Assembly (NCBI RefSeq): GCF_003945235.1
Contig: NZ_RSDW01000001.1
Location: 60,001-92,000 of the forward strand
Reading direction: 5' to 3'
Length of the DNA: 32,000 nucleotides
Source: Edaphobacter aggregans
Lineage (GTDB): Bacteria; Acidobacteriota; Terriglobia; Terriglobales; Acidobacteriaceae
This document shows positions 1-10,016 of this stretch, piece after piece. Under the pieces are notes generated by a model that saw only the letters and a program-made list of their open reading frames with translations, did no database searches and had not been told where the DNA came from. Within the stretch, counting starts at the first letter, position 1. Each line of letters starts with the position of its first letter. The position numbers and the translations under genes were made by a program.

Positions 1-160
1 ACGCCCGCTTATCCTGCGACTCCGGGCCGCCTGAGCCGAGCACCTGCACCGAAACACCTACAGCGCCGCATGATTGCGCCGTTACAGGCGAAGCCTTACA
101 CACACAGAGCAGGGACACAAAAATAAGGAGACCTTTCACCGATAGTCCCAGCGAGTCCAT
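1..160 (-). CDS. N-terminus of a secreted protein, possibly MBL-fold metallo-hydrolase (partial, continues left of window)
   Basis: My own minus-strand translation from the ATG at complement 160-158 gives MDSLGLSVKGLLIFVSLLCVCKASPVTAQSCGAVGVSVQVLGSGGPESQDKRA... It has a signal-peptide-like hydrophobic N-terminus followed by VLGSGGP, which resembles the first conserved strand/loop of MBL-fold hydrolases. It is absent from the ORF track because there is no stop in the window. The SD is weak. Confidence 0.35.
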   Translation of the reverse strand, partial: MDSLGLSVKGLLIFVSLLCVCKASPVTAQSCGAVGVSVQVLGSGGPESQDKRA

Positions 161-264
161 ATCAGAATCTCAAGCACCATTCGTCTGTCCGAACTTTACC
201 CGCAGCCTTCTCGTGAGCCGGTCTAGATTTCTCGGATGGGTTCCGATCCCAGTAAGCCATTACA

Positions 265-942
265 TCAGCTCGGTCCTTCGTCATACGCATACCAGCGCCC
301 ATCAAGCTTCTGGAATGAATAACCTTCCTCTCTCGTATCTGGGTCGTACCGTCGCTCGTCCTTTTCCTTATTCAACATGCAAGGGTAATAGCGATTGGCA
401 TTAGGAGGGGCCGTTGAAGCGCAGTATACATAGCCGCTTGCGTGGCCTCGATTGAGCAGGCCGACTGAGTCCACCATGATGAACGCATCGCGCGAAGCAT
501 TACGCTGAATGCCAAGCTTTATTCCGTTCCGACTATAGATCCTGCGATATGCGCCCCAGCGTGACTCTGGCAGTCCCGCTTTTGGATCGTTCTTCATATA
601 GCGTTCAAAATCGTTTGGGCCATCCGGAGTGCGGTCTAAAAAGTCAGGGGCAATGCGGGAGAACTTCGCATCCTCGTCGGACATGCGCAGAATTGTTTCG
701 AGATCACCACGCTTCGATGCGAACTCTCGTTGCAGTTCTCCTAACGTAGGTGGCTCTTTTCCGAAGGTGAACCACATAAAAACGCCGAATGCCAAGATCA
801 GCCAGATAGGGATACTCACAACCCCGGTGCCGATACGAATGTTGCGACGACGAGGCTGCTGTCGCGTCGTAAAGCTCAAAACGAGTCCAGTCACAAGAAT
901 CAAGAGATAGGCAAGAATTAGAACAGCTGGCCAAGTAATCAC
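265..942 (-). CDS. hypothetical membrane protein (two N-terminal TM helices plus a soluble C-terminal domain)
   Basis: 225-aa ORF with two hydrophobic segments (WPAVLILAYLLILVTGLVLSF, VVSIPIWLILAFGVFMWFTF). I recognise no family motif. It is the longest ORF at this locus; the overlapping ORFs are shorter and low-complexity. Confidence 0.6.
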   Translation of the reverse strand: MITWPAVLILAYLLILVTGLVLSFTTRQQPRRRNIRIGTGVVSIPIWLILAFGVFMWFTFGKEPPTLGELQREFASKRGDLETILRMSDEDAKFSRIAPDFLDRTPDGPNDFERYMKNDPKAGLPESRWGAYRRIYSRNGIKLGIQRNASRDAFIMVDSVGLLNRGHASGYVYCASTAPPNANRYYPCMLNKEKDERRYDPDTREEGYSFQKLDGRWYAYDEGPS

Positions 943-1039
943 TGTGAGAATATTACTGCGGCAATCAGACAGTTAGGGCGTGACGGATTTAGATTGACTC
1001 GAAAGTTTCTGCAACGAGTCATCTCCGCGCCCATCCGCG

Positions 1040-1813
1040 TTAATCGGTGGTCGCTACAACCCGCCCTATCTCTTTAAGAATCGCCCGCGCCGCAGCCCCC
1101 GGATCTGCCGCCTTCGTAATCGGCCGTCCCACCACCAGCATCGAAGCCCCCCGTGCAATCGCCACCTCGGGCGTAGCCACCCGCCGCTGATCCCCTATGT
1201 CGCTCCCCACAGGACGAATCCCAGGAACCACCAGCATCGTCTCCGGCCCCATCACCTTCCGCAGAGCCTCCACCTCGCCAGCTGAGCACACCATCCCATC
1301 AATCCCAGCCGCCTTAGCCAGCCGAGCCAACAGAAGCACCTGATTGCCAGGAGAAGCCGCAACCCCCACCCCCGCCAACTCCTCAGCATCCATGCTCGTC
1401 AGCACCGTAACCGCCAGCAGCCTCGGGCCACCCGGCACATTCGCCGCCTCAGCCGCAGCCCGCATCATGGCCGCCCCACCCCCGGCATGAACCGTAAGCA
1501 ATCCAGCCCCCGCCCGCGTCACCGAACGCACCGCCCCGGCAACCGTATTCGGAATATCGTGCAGCTTTAAATCCAGAAAGACGCTGTACCCCCGCCCCCG
1601 CAAAGCCTCCACCAGCCCATTGCCAGCCGCGTAGTACAGCTCCATCCCAACCTTCAGCCACTGGCAGGCCCCCTCGAGCCGATCCACCAACTTAAGCGCC
1701 TCAGCCGCAGAAGGGAAGTCCAAAGCCACAGTAAGCCGGTCCTTCGCCTCCTGAGCCCCAGGCGGACTCACCAGATCGCTGCTCAAGCCATCATGCAGAA
1801 CACTTTTTGTCAT
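1040..1813 (-). CDS. pyrF: orotidine 5'-phosphate decarboxylase
   Basis: Carries LTVALDF...WLKVGMELY...VFLDLKLHDIPNTV...LTVHAGGG...VVGRPI, the canonical PyrF motifs (DxKxxDIPNT, C-terminal GRPI phosphate-binding loop). 257 aa is a typical length. Confidence 0.93.
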   Translation of the reverse strand: MTKSVLHDGLSSDLVSPPGAQEAKDRLTVALDFPSAAEALKLVDRLEGACQWLKVGMELYYAAGNGLVEALRGRGYSVFLDLKLHDIPNTVAGAVRSVTRAGAGLLTVHAGGGAAMMRAAAEAANVPGGPRLLAVTVLTSMDAEELAGVGVAASPGNQVLLLARLAKAAGIDGMVCSAGEVEALRKVMGPETMLVVPGIRPVGSDIGDQRRVATPEVAIARGASMLVVGRPITKAADPGAAARAILKEIGRVVATTD

Positions 1814-1999
1814 CGTCTCACCCCAATCAGTCTAGAGCAGGTCACTGATGCCAGAGTCTGGAAAAGTAAAGTCTTTCTGAGGCCACCCCAGCTTCAGAAA
1901 AAACCTGTCAAGCCCTCACCGGGCTATCTGGCTGATTCAAAATAACATCGCAGTGCCCGAATAATTCCACCCGATTCGTTAGAATAGAAATAGCAACGA

Positions 2000-2041
2000 A
2001 AAGAGCCTCGGAAGGTTCACTCCCGAGGCTCTTTACTTTTT
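2000..2041 (-). terminator. rho-independent terminator downstream of rlpA (hairpin could act in either direction)
   Basis: Perfect 12-bp stem AAAGAGCCTCGG (2000-2011) / CCGAGGCTCTTT (2023-2034). T-runs flank it on both strands (plus: ACTTTTT; minus: CTTTTCGTT). It lies about 110 nt beyond the rlpA stop. Confidence 0.7.
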
Positions 2042-2150
2042 AACCAAACAGAACACGTCGAACCTAAGGTCCGGACTTATACCTTTTCTTTCTAAGACTT
2101 TAGGACTTCAAGTACCCTAGGGGGGAGTAGTCAAATGCAGACACAACCAC

Positions 2151-2678
2151 TTACTCGCCGTAAACAGGAATCAAAGGCATCTTGAGCTGAGCCAACAAAG
2201 CCTCGGTCATCTCCATATCGCCGCTCCGCATAGTTTCCAGCTTGACCTTGCCAATCCCTGCCAGACCGACCGCCTTCGCTGCAGCGTACGACAGGTCGAC
2301 AATTCGGTTCTGCGGCACCGGTCCACGGTCGTTGACTCGCACAAAGATCGATTTGCGGTTCTTGAGGTTGGTTACCCGGATCCAGCTATTCAACGGAAGG
2401 CTCCGGTGCGCGCAAGTCAGTCCATTCATATCGAACTGCTCGCCATTCGCGGTGGTGTGTCCCTGGAAGTGACGCCCGTACCAGGACGCCTGCCCAATCT
2501 GGAACCACCGGCGTGGCTTGGTAGTCTCAGGTTTAACTTTTGCATCAGGAGTCGTGTCGGTAGCCGACGCCGCGCTCCCCAGCGTGAAGATGAGCGTCAC
2601 CGCAGCAACTCCCGCCTTCACCATCGAGATACTCTTCTCTCGCATATCAGCTGGAATCATTTTCATAGTTAGCTCCAT
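2151..2678 (-). CDS. rlpA: septal ring lytic transglycosylase RlpA family (double-psi beta-barrel) protein
   Basis: Signal/lipoprotein-like N-terminus, then QASWYGRHFQGHTTANGEQFDMNGLTCAHRSLPLNSWIRVTNLKNRKSIFVRVNDRGP, the hallmark RlpA DPBB core. Confidence 0.88.
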   Translation of the reverse strand: MELTMKMIPADMREKSISMVKAGVAAVTLIFTLGSAASATDTTPDAKVKPETTKPRRWFQIGQASWYGRHFQGHTTANGEQFDMNGLTCAHRSLPLNSWIRVTNLKNRKSIFVRVNDRGPVPQNRIVDLSYAAAKAVGLAGIGKVKLETMRSGDMEMTEALLAQLKMPLIPVYGE

Positions 2679-2964
2679 CTCTATTGTCCCGACTTGAAAC
2701 AGCTAAGTCAATCAATGGATGCCACTTAAGACTCATCTCGGCTTGATCGAATCAGGCTCGTGTGGTAAAGAAAAACCAAGGATGGCCGTCCGTTATTCGC
2801 CCGGATTGAGTCCAATTTACCCTCAAAATCACCCTGCAGAAGACATTTCGTCCCAGTCCTGCTATTTTTTCGAAAGTTGCAGAAAAAGGCTGATTCCTGC
2901 CCCTCGCAACCCCAAAACCAGGTTTGGAGCCTCCTAACAGCCAAACCTCCTTCTTCATCCTTAG

Positions 2965-3768
2965 ATGCAAACTGTTCTCACTATCGCCGGCTTCGATCCC
3001 TCCTCCGGTGCCGGAGTCACGGCCGACCTTATGGTCTTCGCCGCCAACGGCTTCTTCGGAACCTCTTGCATTACCAGCATTACGGTTCAATCTACCCTGG
3101 GTGTAGAGGCCTCTCACCCGGTCTCAGCCGAAACCGTCCGCGACACCCTAGACTGCCTCCACGACGACCTGCCTGCCGACGGTATCAAGATCGGAATGCT
3201 CGCAACCGCTCCCATCGTAGCCGCGGTAGTCGACTTCCTCACCCGCATCCGCAGCCTTACCCCACGCATCCCCATCGTCTTGGACCCCGTTCTCCGCTCC
3301 ACTTCAGGCAGGGAACTACTCTCCCAGGAAGGCCTAGCCCTCCTCCGAACACGCCTCGTGCCCTTGGTCGACTGGATCACCCCGAACCTGTCCGAACTGC
3401 ATCTCCTGACCGGCCTGCCCGTCACTGGCCGCGATGACCTCACACCAGCTGCCCAGGCTCTCCAGCAGACGTTCCGTGGCCTTAACGTCCTTGCCACCGC
3501 CGGTCATCTGGATCCACCCAACGACCTCCTCCTCACCGATACCGGTGAAGCCCACTCGCTCCCCGGCGAACACATCCCGACCACCTCCACCCACGGCACA
3601 GGCTGCACCCTCTCCAGCGCCCTCCTCAGCCGCCTCGTCCTGGGCGACGATCCCTACGATGCCGCCCGATCCGCCAAGCAGTACACCACCCAAGCCATCC
3701 GCACCGCCCCCAGACTAGGCCACGGGCATGGTCCACTGAACCACCTCTGGCCCTTACGCCACCCCTAA
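2965..3768 (+). CDS. thiD: hydroxymethylpyrimidine / phosphomethylpyrimidine kinase
   Basis: VLTIAGFDPSSGAGVTADL...GIKIGML...LDPVL...THGTGCTLSSAL is the ribokinase-like ThiD signature (N-terminal GxDPSGGAG-type motif and C-terminal GTGC anion hole). Confidence 0.9.
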   Translation: MQTVLTIAGFDPSSGAGVTADLMVFAANGFFGTSCITSITVQSTLGVEASHPVSAETVRDTLDCLHDDLPADGIKIGMLATAPIVAAVVDFLTRIRSLTPRIPIVLDPVLRSTSGRELLSQEGLALLRTRLVPLVDWITPNLSELHLLTGLPVTGRDDLTPAAQALQQTFRGLNVLATAGHLDPPNDLLLTDTGEAHSLPGEHIPTTSTHGTGCTLSSALLSRLVLGDDPYDAARSAKQYTTQAIRTAPRLGHGHGPLNHLWPLRHP

Positions 3769-3773
3769 GCCGA

Positions 3774-5882
3774 TCACCGCCGCTGAAATTCAGGTGATCC
3801 AAACAGTAAGCCCGCCGCTAGGGCAGACTGACTGTCGATCCCGCTCATGTCCTCAGGGCGCCATGCCTTTCCGCTCACCACAGCCAGCGGATCTCTCTTT
3901 CGGTCTTTTACGGTGACCTGCTTCAGGCTAGCCTCCTGCTGATCGGCGTCCGTACTGATCTGCATCAGGATGGTCTGCCGCGTACGCTCTCCCACGGAGA
4001 TGTGAAGCAACTTGTCCTCAAGCTTCGCCTCTTTGGTCTCTGGGGTAAGCGTCCCGCCCTGGTTACCCAGCACTGCAGCCCAATCAGTCGTCACGCCCGC
4101 CACCCGGTTCGACGACAACGCCAGCGCAAAGTTCATCCGCTCGACCAACGATACTGTGTTATTCCAAGGGTCCGCCTTCATTGAGTACCCGTTCGGCGTT
4201 TGCATCCCATACAGCGGCATTCCCAGGTCAGCAATCACATTTACTAGCGCGCCGGGACTCTCCACTTCCGCACCCGAGGCTCGAACCGCCGAGACCACAA
4301 AGTCCTGCGGTGTCTTTACCTTCGCCCGGTAAGTCTCGCGCGACCAGAACTCCGGCGAGTTGATCATCGCCATCAGCACCCGCCGGATATCGCCATTCGA
4401 ACTCGTAAACGTCTTGGCCATCCGGTCTATCATCGCCTGCGGAGGATTGTCGCTCACAAACCGCACCGCCAGTTTGGTCGAGATGAACTGAGCCGTCTTC
4501 GGGCTCGTTGCCAGCATATGAAGTACTTGGAGGCCCTCCTTCTCTCCGCCCTCCTTGATCGTGAACCCCATCACCACCTTCGACCCCGGCTCATGTTTGG
4601 TCCAATCGAACTCAGGTACCACCTGCTCGGCCCCGTTCTCCTGCATCACCATCCGGGGCCAGCGCGGGTACGCTTCAATACGCATATTCCGCTTGCCTCC
4701 AACAGTCCAACCTGTAAAAACCTTCGCCACCTCCGTGACGTCCTTCTGGGCGTATCCGCCGTTCACTCCCACGGTGTGCAACTCCATCAGCTCTCGGGCA
4801 TAGTTCTCATTCAACCCATCCGGACGTTTGGCGTTTTTGTCATTTCGCGCTGGCCGATTTGCAAACTGAGACCGGGGGCCCACACTCAGCGAGTTGTCCA
4901 GGTAGTTCATCATGGCCGGGCTCGACGCCACCGCCACAAGCAGATCCTCGAACCGTCCCAGGGCTCGCGGACGAATTACGTCCCGTTCATAACTTGCAAT
5001 GTAATAAGGAGCTTGTTGCGATTTCCTGATGTAAACATTGAAGTGATTGAGCCAGAAGTCTGTCATCACCTCGTTCAACTGACGTTCGGTATAGATATCT
5101 CTTAGCAGTTTGGTCTGCACGACCTCAGCAGCTACGACGCCTTGGGGACTATTGAACGCCGCCAGCATCTCAATCTGCTGAGCAGTAAAGCCCTCCGTCA
5201 GATGCTCCCTCTGGTCCCGGTTCAGCGACTGCCTGAGCTGTCTCAACTCCTGCGGCCTCATCCGGCATAAGGCAGAAAATCGCTTGTCGGGCGGCAGGGC
5301 CAGAATGGCCTCGGTCTGCTCCTGCGGCAGACGAGGGACATCTTCGGCCATGTCATCGGGGTTCTTCCCCTTCTTTTTGTCCTGCTGCCGCGCCATCTGG
5401 TCTGCGTAGATCGCCTTCTCCGCCTCGCCACTCGGAACGCCCGGTCCGCGGCCGTTCATCGTGGCGCGAACCATCCCTTGGGTCGGATACATCTCCATCA
5501 ACTGCGGTAGCGAGAGCCGCATCGCAGGATAGACCGCAAGCCGTTCCTCCAACGCTCTGTCGTCAATGCTGGACGGATTCAACTGCTGGCTGAACCATGC
5601 ATTCAGACCCATCGCCCGGACGCGTTCCAGATCGCCGGCACGCGGCCCATAGGTGAAGCGGTCCAAGGCGTGTAGGATCTTCTCATCCCCTTCGATCTTG
5701 CCCTGCGAACTCTTCGCCGAACCCTGAGCCATCGAGGCTTCCTTGCTCTGAGCAAAGATCTCGCTCGGCGCGGCCATCATCACGGCCAAAAGGCCAGCTG
5801 TCCCGCAACGCAGACTCCGCAAAGCGATCGAAGAAAGGGAACTAGCCACAGGAGACTCCTTAGGCATCGGTTCTATAGCCAA
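3774..5882 (-). CDS. DUF1800 domain-containing protein (secreted)
   Basis: 702 aa with a signal-like N-terminus. The central DFWLNHFNVY...ELMELHTVGV...YAQKDV motif block is characteristic of DUF1800. No DUF1501 partner gene is adjacent. Confidence 0.85.
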   Translation of the reverse strand: MAIEPMPKESPVASSLSSIALRSLRCGTAGLLAVMMAAPSEIFAQSKEASMAQGSAKSSQGKIEGDEKILHALDRFTYGPRAGDLERVRAMGLNAWFSQQLNPSSIDDRALEERLAVYPAMRLSLPQLMEMYPTQGMVRATMNGRGPGVPSGEAEKAIYADQMARQQDKKKGKNPDDMAEDVPRLPQEQTEAILALPPDKRFSALCRMRPQELRQLRQSLNRDQREHLTEGFTAQQIEMLAAFNSPQGVVAAEVVQTKLLRDIYTERQLNEVMTDFWLNHFNVYIRKSQQAPYYIASYERDVIRPRALGRFEDLLVAVASSPAMMNYLDNSLSVGPRSQFANRPARNDKNAKRPDGLNENYARELMELHTVGVNGGYAQKDVTEVAKVFTGWTVGGKRNMRIEAYPRWPRMVMQENGAEQVVPEFDWTKHEPGSKVVMGFTIKEGGEKEGLQVLHMLATSPKTAQFISTKLAVRFVSDNPPQAMIDRMAKTFTSSNGDIRRVLMAMINSPEFWSRETYRAKVKTPQDFVVSAVRASGAEVESPGALVNVIADLGMPLYGMQTPNGYSMKADPWNNTVSLVERMNFALALSSNRVAGVTTDWAAVLGNQGGTLTPETKEAKLEDKLLHISVGERTRQTILMQISTDADQQEASLKQVTVKDRKRDPLAVVSGKAWRPEDMSGIDSQSALAAGLLFGSPEFQRR

Positions 5883-5996
5883 CGCTGCTCCAGTAGAACC
5901 CCAAGGCCGCCCGCTTGTCTCGCCCTTTCACGCACATTTCCTAACGCGCCCGCCCACATAAGCCGATAGGGAGATCGACGGAGGAGCCCAACTGTC

Positions 5997-6323
5997 ATGT
6001 CCACTTCACCCATTCCCAGTGTTTATCCCTCAAGCCGCGGCGCTACTGTCTCGAATCCCTTACCTGCGCCATCACCCGTCATTCGTCGTCGCAGCAGCCC
6101 CCAACAAGGCTTTGCCATTCAGATTCTAGGCAACGCTGTCGACCACCTGCTCCGGTCTCGCATGTTCCTCATCGACGAGCCACCCAGCAAAGCCGATGCC
6201 GATGCCATCCACCTCCTCATGCGTCTTAAGCGTGCCGTCTTCTCGGAGTGTGAGCAGGTTACCGAAGCCAACCGCAGCCTTCGCCAGTGGATGGCTCGCA
6301 CCCTGACCCGATCCGCAAACTAG
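5997..6323 (+). CDS. hypothetical protein
   Basis: 108-aa ORF in the gap upstream of thiS with reasonable codon usage. I recognise no motif. Confidence 0.4.
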   Translation: MSTSPIPSVYPSSRGATVSNPLPAPSPVIRRRSSPQQGFAIQILGNAVDHLLRSRMFLIDEPPSKADADAIHLLMRLKRAVFSECEQVTEANRSLRQWMARTLTRSAN

Positions 6324-6350
6324 CCTCGTGCCTGCTACGCTTAAAGCGTC

Positions 6351-6569
6351 ATGTCTCTCACGCTAGTTCTCAACGGCCAGACCCGCACCTTTGCCACGCT
6401 TTCGCAACCCTCAAGCCTGGATCTTCTCATCGCCGAACTCGCCCTCAAAGGCGACCGCGTAGCCGTCGAGCATAATGGCGAGATCGTCCCTCGCGCCGCG
6501 TGGCCCCAGACGCCCCTCACTGAAGGCGACCGCCTTGAGGTCGTGCACTTTGTTGGCGGCGGGACCTAG
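6351..6569 (+). CDS. thiS: sulfur-carrier protein ThiS (ubiquitin-like, thiamine biosynthesis)
   Basis: 72 aa. The pattern LNGQ...(L)..L......[13 protein letters not shown]....[15 protein letters not shown] is the classic ThiS pattern. The C-terminus reads GGGT, one residue past the Gly-Gly. Confidence 0.8.
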   Translation: MSLTLVLNGQTRTFATLSQPSSLDLLIAELALKGDRVAVEHNGEIVPRAAWPQTPLTEGDRLEVVHFVGGGT

Positions 6570-6737
6570 GACTTCAGCGGGACAGCAGGACTTCCCCGAG
6601 GATACATTTTCGTGCAAAGTCTTCCATCAACAAGGGTTATGGGTGGACTTGTATGTCTTGGGAGAAGGGAAGTCTCTTGATTCAAGGGGTTGACGGTTAT
6701 CGCCCTGAATAAATTGGCGGATTAAATTAAATAGAAG

Positions 6738-6772
6738 AGCCCCGGCCGAGGAGCTGGGGCTTTCCTCTTTTC
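6738..6772 (+). terminator. candidate rho-independent terminator in the thiS / glycosyltransferase convergent gap
   Basis: 8-bp stem AGCCCCGG (6738-6745) / CTGGGGCT (6754-6761, one G-U pair), an 8-nt loop, then TTCCTCTTTTC. It lies about 170 nt after the thiS stop. Confidence 0.5.
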
Positions 6773-6979
6773 AAAGCTATATCCAGTATAACAAGACGGA
6801 GGAAATTATCTGTCACATGGATGTTATTGATTTTGTTGCGGATAGTGGATTTGGGGGCTTGACATCTTTTCGTGTCTTCTTCCAGAAGCGGTTGTTGTTC
6901 GGATGGAAGAACGAGCAACGGCAATGACAGAAACAGATCCCCTTCGGGGATGACAAACAAAAAGGGCAAATTCTAGAGC

Positions 6980-8140
6980 CTAAGCTCGTCCAGTCATCTC
7001 TCGAAGCAGCTGTTCCCAGGCATCTCCGTACTGCTGCCATCCACCCAGACCCCGGACCCGTGCCAACGCAGCCTCGCTCATACGCTGCTGCAGGGAATTG
7101 TCGTCGGCTACCTGCTGCATCCGGTCGCTCAGAGCGTCCGGATCGCGAATCGGCACAATGAACCCCTCAACCCCATCCGTAAACAAGTCTTCCGCGCCTG
7201 TGTTCGTGGTGGCGATCACCGGGCATCCGCAAGCCATCGCCTGCCCCTGGACCAGAGCCATGCCTTCATCCAGACTTGGCATTACCATCACGTGGCTGCG
7301 GCTCATCCGATCCTTTAGCTCCAACTGAGGAATTGGTCCGGTAAACGTCACCGACTCGGTGGGCAGCTTTGCTAAAACGCCCTTCATCTCCGACTGCATC
7401 GCCCCAATCACTGTGAGGTGCTTGTTCGGCACCTTCAGCCGTGCAAATGCCTCCAGCAGATAGGGAAATCCCTTAGGCAGCGACACGCGCCCCACATACA
7501 GCACCTCAAACCGGTCCGCAGGAGGATCCCCCACCTTCCTGAACCGATCCAGAAGCACCCCATAGGGGAGCACATGGAGCTTCTCCGCCGACATTCCGCG
7601 CTCTACATACGTCCGAGCCGAGTAGCTCGACGGCACGGTCAGCGCATCGGCCCTCTCGTATATCTCCTCCTCGCGGGCCAGGTCGCGCGGGTCGTTCTGT
7701 GAACCCTCCGGAACCCCCCATCGCAGGTGTTCTTCCTCTACCAGCTCCGCGCGGTACCGGATATGCGTCGAGCCACGATCGCAGATAAATCGCCCACCCA
7801 TCCGCTGCACTTGAATCCCGGTCTTCAATCCGGCTCCCGAGATGGCAATAAACGCGTCGCACTCCGGAATCCGGCGCAACGTCCACTCATCGAAGGCCAG
7901 CGCGTTGGCGTAGCCCAGCTGGTCGTACATCCACTCGCCCCGAACCCCACGCTGCCGGAGCAGTATCTCCGGAACATGCAGCCACGGAAAGGTCTGTACC
8001 TTCTCACGCGGCAGCCCTTCACGTTTCACCCGCAGCCAGGGAAACGTCGAGTAGATTGTCGAAAGGTGACCCCGCCGCTCCAATTCACGTGCAAGCTCAA
8101 AATGATGGAATACGCCAAAGACAGCTTGTACGATTTGCAT
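6980..8140 (-). CDS. glycosyltransferase family 4 (GT-B fold, GT1/GT4-type)
   Basis: 386 aa. The C-terminal half carries LYVGRVSLPKGFPYLLEAF...VMPSLDEGMALVQGQAMACGCPVIATTNTGAEDLFTDGVEGFIVP, the E-x7-E-type retaining-GT motif block. Confidence 0.88.
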   Translation of the reverse strand: MQIVQAVFGVFHHFELARELERRGHLSTIYSTFPWLRVKREGLPREKVQTFPWLHVPEILLRQRGVRGEWMYDQLGYANALAFDEWTLRRIPECDAFIAISGAGLKTGIQVQRMGGRFICDRGSTHIRYRAELVEEEHLRWGVPEGSQNDPRDLAREEEIYERADALTVPSSYSARTYVERGMSAEKLHVLPYGVLLDRFRKVGDPPADRFEVLYVGRVSLPKGFPYLLEAFARLKVPNKHLTVIGAMQSEMKGVLAKLPTESVTFTGPIPQLELKDRMSRSHVMVMPSLDEGMALVQGQAMACGCPVIATTNTGAEDLFTDGVEGFIVPIRDPDALSDRMQQVADDNSLQQRMSEAALARVRGLGGWQQYGDAWEQLLREMTGRA

Positions 8141-8318
8141 GAAGTTGCGTCGATACTATCAAACAGTTCGGAGGTCTCCAAGACGTCGGAATACGTGAGG
8201 GAAACGGGTACAACTTCAACCGCTGGCGTCAACTGTACATAATATGTGTTATCAGACATACCGCGGAGCGTTGAGTCTAGCAACCTTCATTCAATAAGGA
8301 CTCCACAGCTCTCCAACC

Positions 8319-10016
8319 ATGGCCTCTCGCAGTCTCATCCCTGCAACTGCAACAGTTATGAGGTATCGTTTCGTGTCACCAGCAGGCCGTTATATCTTCC
8401 GATGTCGTGTTCTCCTCTGCTTCGTCTGTCTGATAGCAGAAAACGCACTGTCGCTTCCGGCACAGATATCCGGCAGTACCCCTCCCACTGCAGCAGCCTC
8501 ATCGAGCTCTACCACCCCTATTACCGTCGTCGGTCAGGTCGTCAACGCCATCACTGGTGAACCGATCCCGCGCGTTCTCATCCGCATCAACGATCGCGCC
8601 GCCCTCACCACGCACGAAGGCAAGTTTGAGTTCGACCAGTTCACCGGAACCAGCAGCAATCTTCAGGTCACAAAGCCTGGCTACTACTTCTCAACCGATC
8701 CTTCTGAACCGTCGGCTCTTAACCTAACGGCTGACCAACTCGTCGATCCCATCGAGATCCGCCTATACCCAGAAGCCTTATTCACAGGAACCGTCACTGC
8801 ACCTGACGGTGAACCGATTCCCCATCTCCCCGTATATGCCCGCCGCAGCCTCTTCGATGGCTTCTCCCGCCGCTGGATTCCGAGCGCCCAGAGCCAGACC
8901 GACTCCCATGGCAACTTCCGTTTGCCCGTCTCCCCCGGCGATTACCGGCTCGAAACCAGGTACACTCCGCGCAACGGTCAATCGTCTGAAGCTATACTGC
9001 CTATATCGCTTCCGGATAATACTTCAACAAATACATCCAATATCATCCATATCTCTAGTGGCGAACAGCAACATTTTGATCTCCACCCGCAGACCAGCCG
9101 CACCTACGATATCGTCACCAGCATTGACGGGATGCCAGAACGTGCTTATCCCGCGATCATTGCGCGGTCCAGCAACGGCTCGACTATTCCTGTCGCACTC
9201 AACCATAATGCTCCATCCGATGAATTCCGAATGCAGCTCCCTTCGGGAAGCTATTCGATCACCGCGACAGTCAACGGTCCAGACTCCTCAGCCTTCGCCC
9301 AGGCTCTTGTTACTGTCCCCGATCACGACATCTCCGGTCTGATTCTGCACCTGACTCCCAACCCCAGTATTCCGGTTGAGCTTCAGCTCGATCAATCCTC
9401 ATCCGCCACCACATCCACAACGTCTGATAACGTGACACCTCCTAATCTCCAACAGCTTAGCCTCGCTCTGATAGGTATGGAATCCGACCCCGACCGTGGC
9501 AACGCAATCGTCGGTCTTACCCCTACTCGCAACCAGACTTTCAACTTTGTCGCATTTCCCGGTACCTATCGCTTGCAAGCCCGCAGCCGAGGCCAGTGGT
9601 ATGTCAAAGCGGCCAACTATGGGACCTCCGACCTCCTCCAGCAGGATCTTGTCGTTGGCGCCGGATCCAGCGGCACGCCTATCCGCATCACTGTCAGCAA
9701 CGAGACATCTGCCCTGCAAGGCACCCTACGGCTCAACGGCAAGCCCGCCTCCTGCTGGCTCTACCTCATTCCCACAAGCCCTAGTGCTGATCCGCTCATC
9801 TTCCTTCGTAGCAGCGCCTCCGGCAGTTACAACTCCGTTTACCTGCCACCTGGCGGATATCAGGCCGTCGCCTTTGAACACCGCTACTCTGCCGATCTAC
9901 GCGATCCCGAGACGCTGGCACGATTCTCCACCTACGTTCACTCCATCACGGCTAATGCCGGAGATAAGCCTACGCTCGACCTCGACGCCGTTCCTGCCGC
10001 GGAGATGCTTCCATGA
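8319..10016 (+). CDS. secreted protein with multiple carboxypeptidase-regulatory-like (CarboxypepD_reg) beta-sandwich repeats
   Basis: Has a signal-like segment (RVLLCFVCLIAENALSLPAQ) and repeats of the type VVGQVVNAITGEPIPRVLIRIN...THEGKFEF and FTGTVTAPDGEPIPHLPVYAR...TDSHGNFRLPVSPGDYRLE. The true start may be the internal ATG near 8358. Confidence 0.8.
   Translation: MASRSLIPATATVMRYRFVSPAGRYIFRCRVLLCFVCLIAENALSLPAQISGSTPPTAAASSSSTTPITVVGQVVNAITGEPIPRVLIRINDRAALTTHEGKFEFDQFTGTSSNLQVTKPGYYFSTDPSEPSALNLTADQLVDPIEIRLYPEALFTGTVTAPDGEPIPHLPVYARRSLFDGFSRRWIPSAQSQTDSHGNFRLPVSPGDYRLETRYTPRNGQSSEAILPISLPDNTSTNTSNIIHISSGEQQHFDLHPQTSRTYDIVTSIDGMPERAYPAIIARSSNGSTIPVALNHNAPSDEFRMQLPSGSYSITATVNGPDSSAFAQALVTVPDHDISGLILHLTPNPSIPVELQLDQSSSATTSTTSDNVTPPNLQQLSLALIGMESDPDRGNAIVGLTPTRNQTFNFVAFPGTYRLQARSRGQWYVKAANYGTSDLLQQDLVVGAGSSGTPIRITVSNETSALQGTLRLNGKPASCWLYLIPTSPSADPLIFLRSSASGSYNSVYLPPGGYQAVAFEHRYSADLRDPETLARFSTYVHSITANAGDKPTLDLDAVPAAEMLP

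Noticed and set aside
2679-2964. A possible TPP (THI-box) riboswitch upstream of thiD, and likewise upstream of thiS at 6324-6350.
   Set aside because: I could not find the conserved CTGAGA / ACCTGATCTGGATAATGCCAGCG-type core elements in either leader. The thiS leader is only 27 nt long.
6727-6969. 80-aa minus-strand ORF, and a 75-aa ORF at 6813-7040, in the thiS / glycosyltransferase gap.
   Set aside because: The sequence is low-complexity and hydrophobic with no SD or family motif, and it overlaps a terminator hairpin. The gap (6570-6979) is more likely non-coding, and I saw no convincing RNA-gene signature either.
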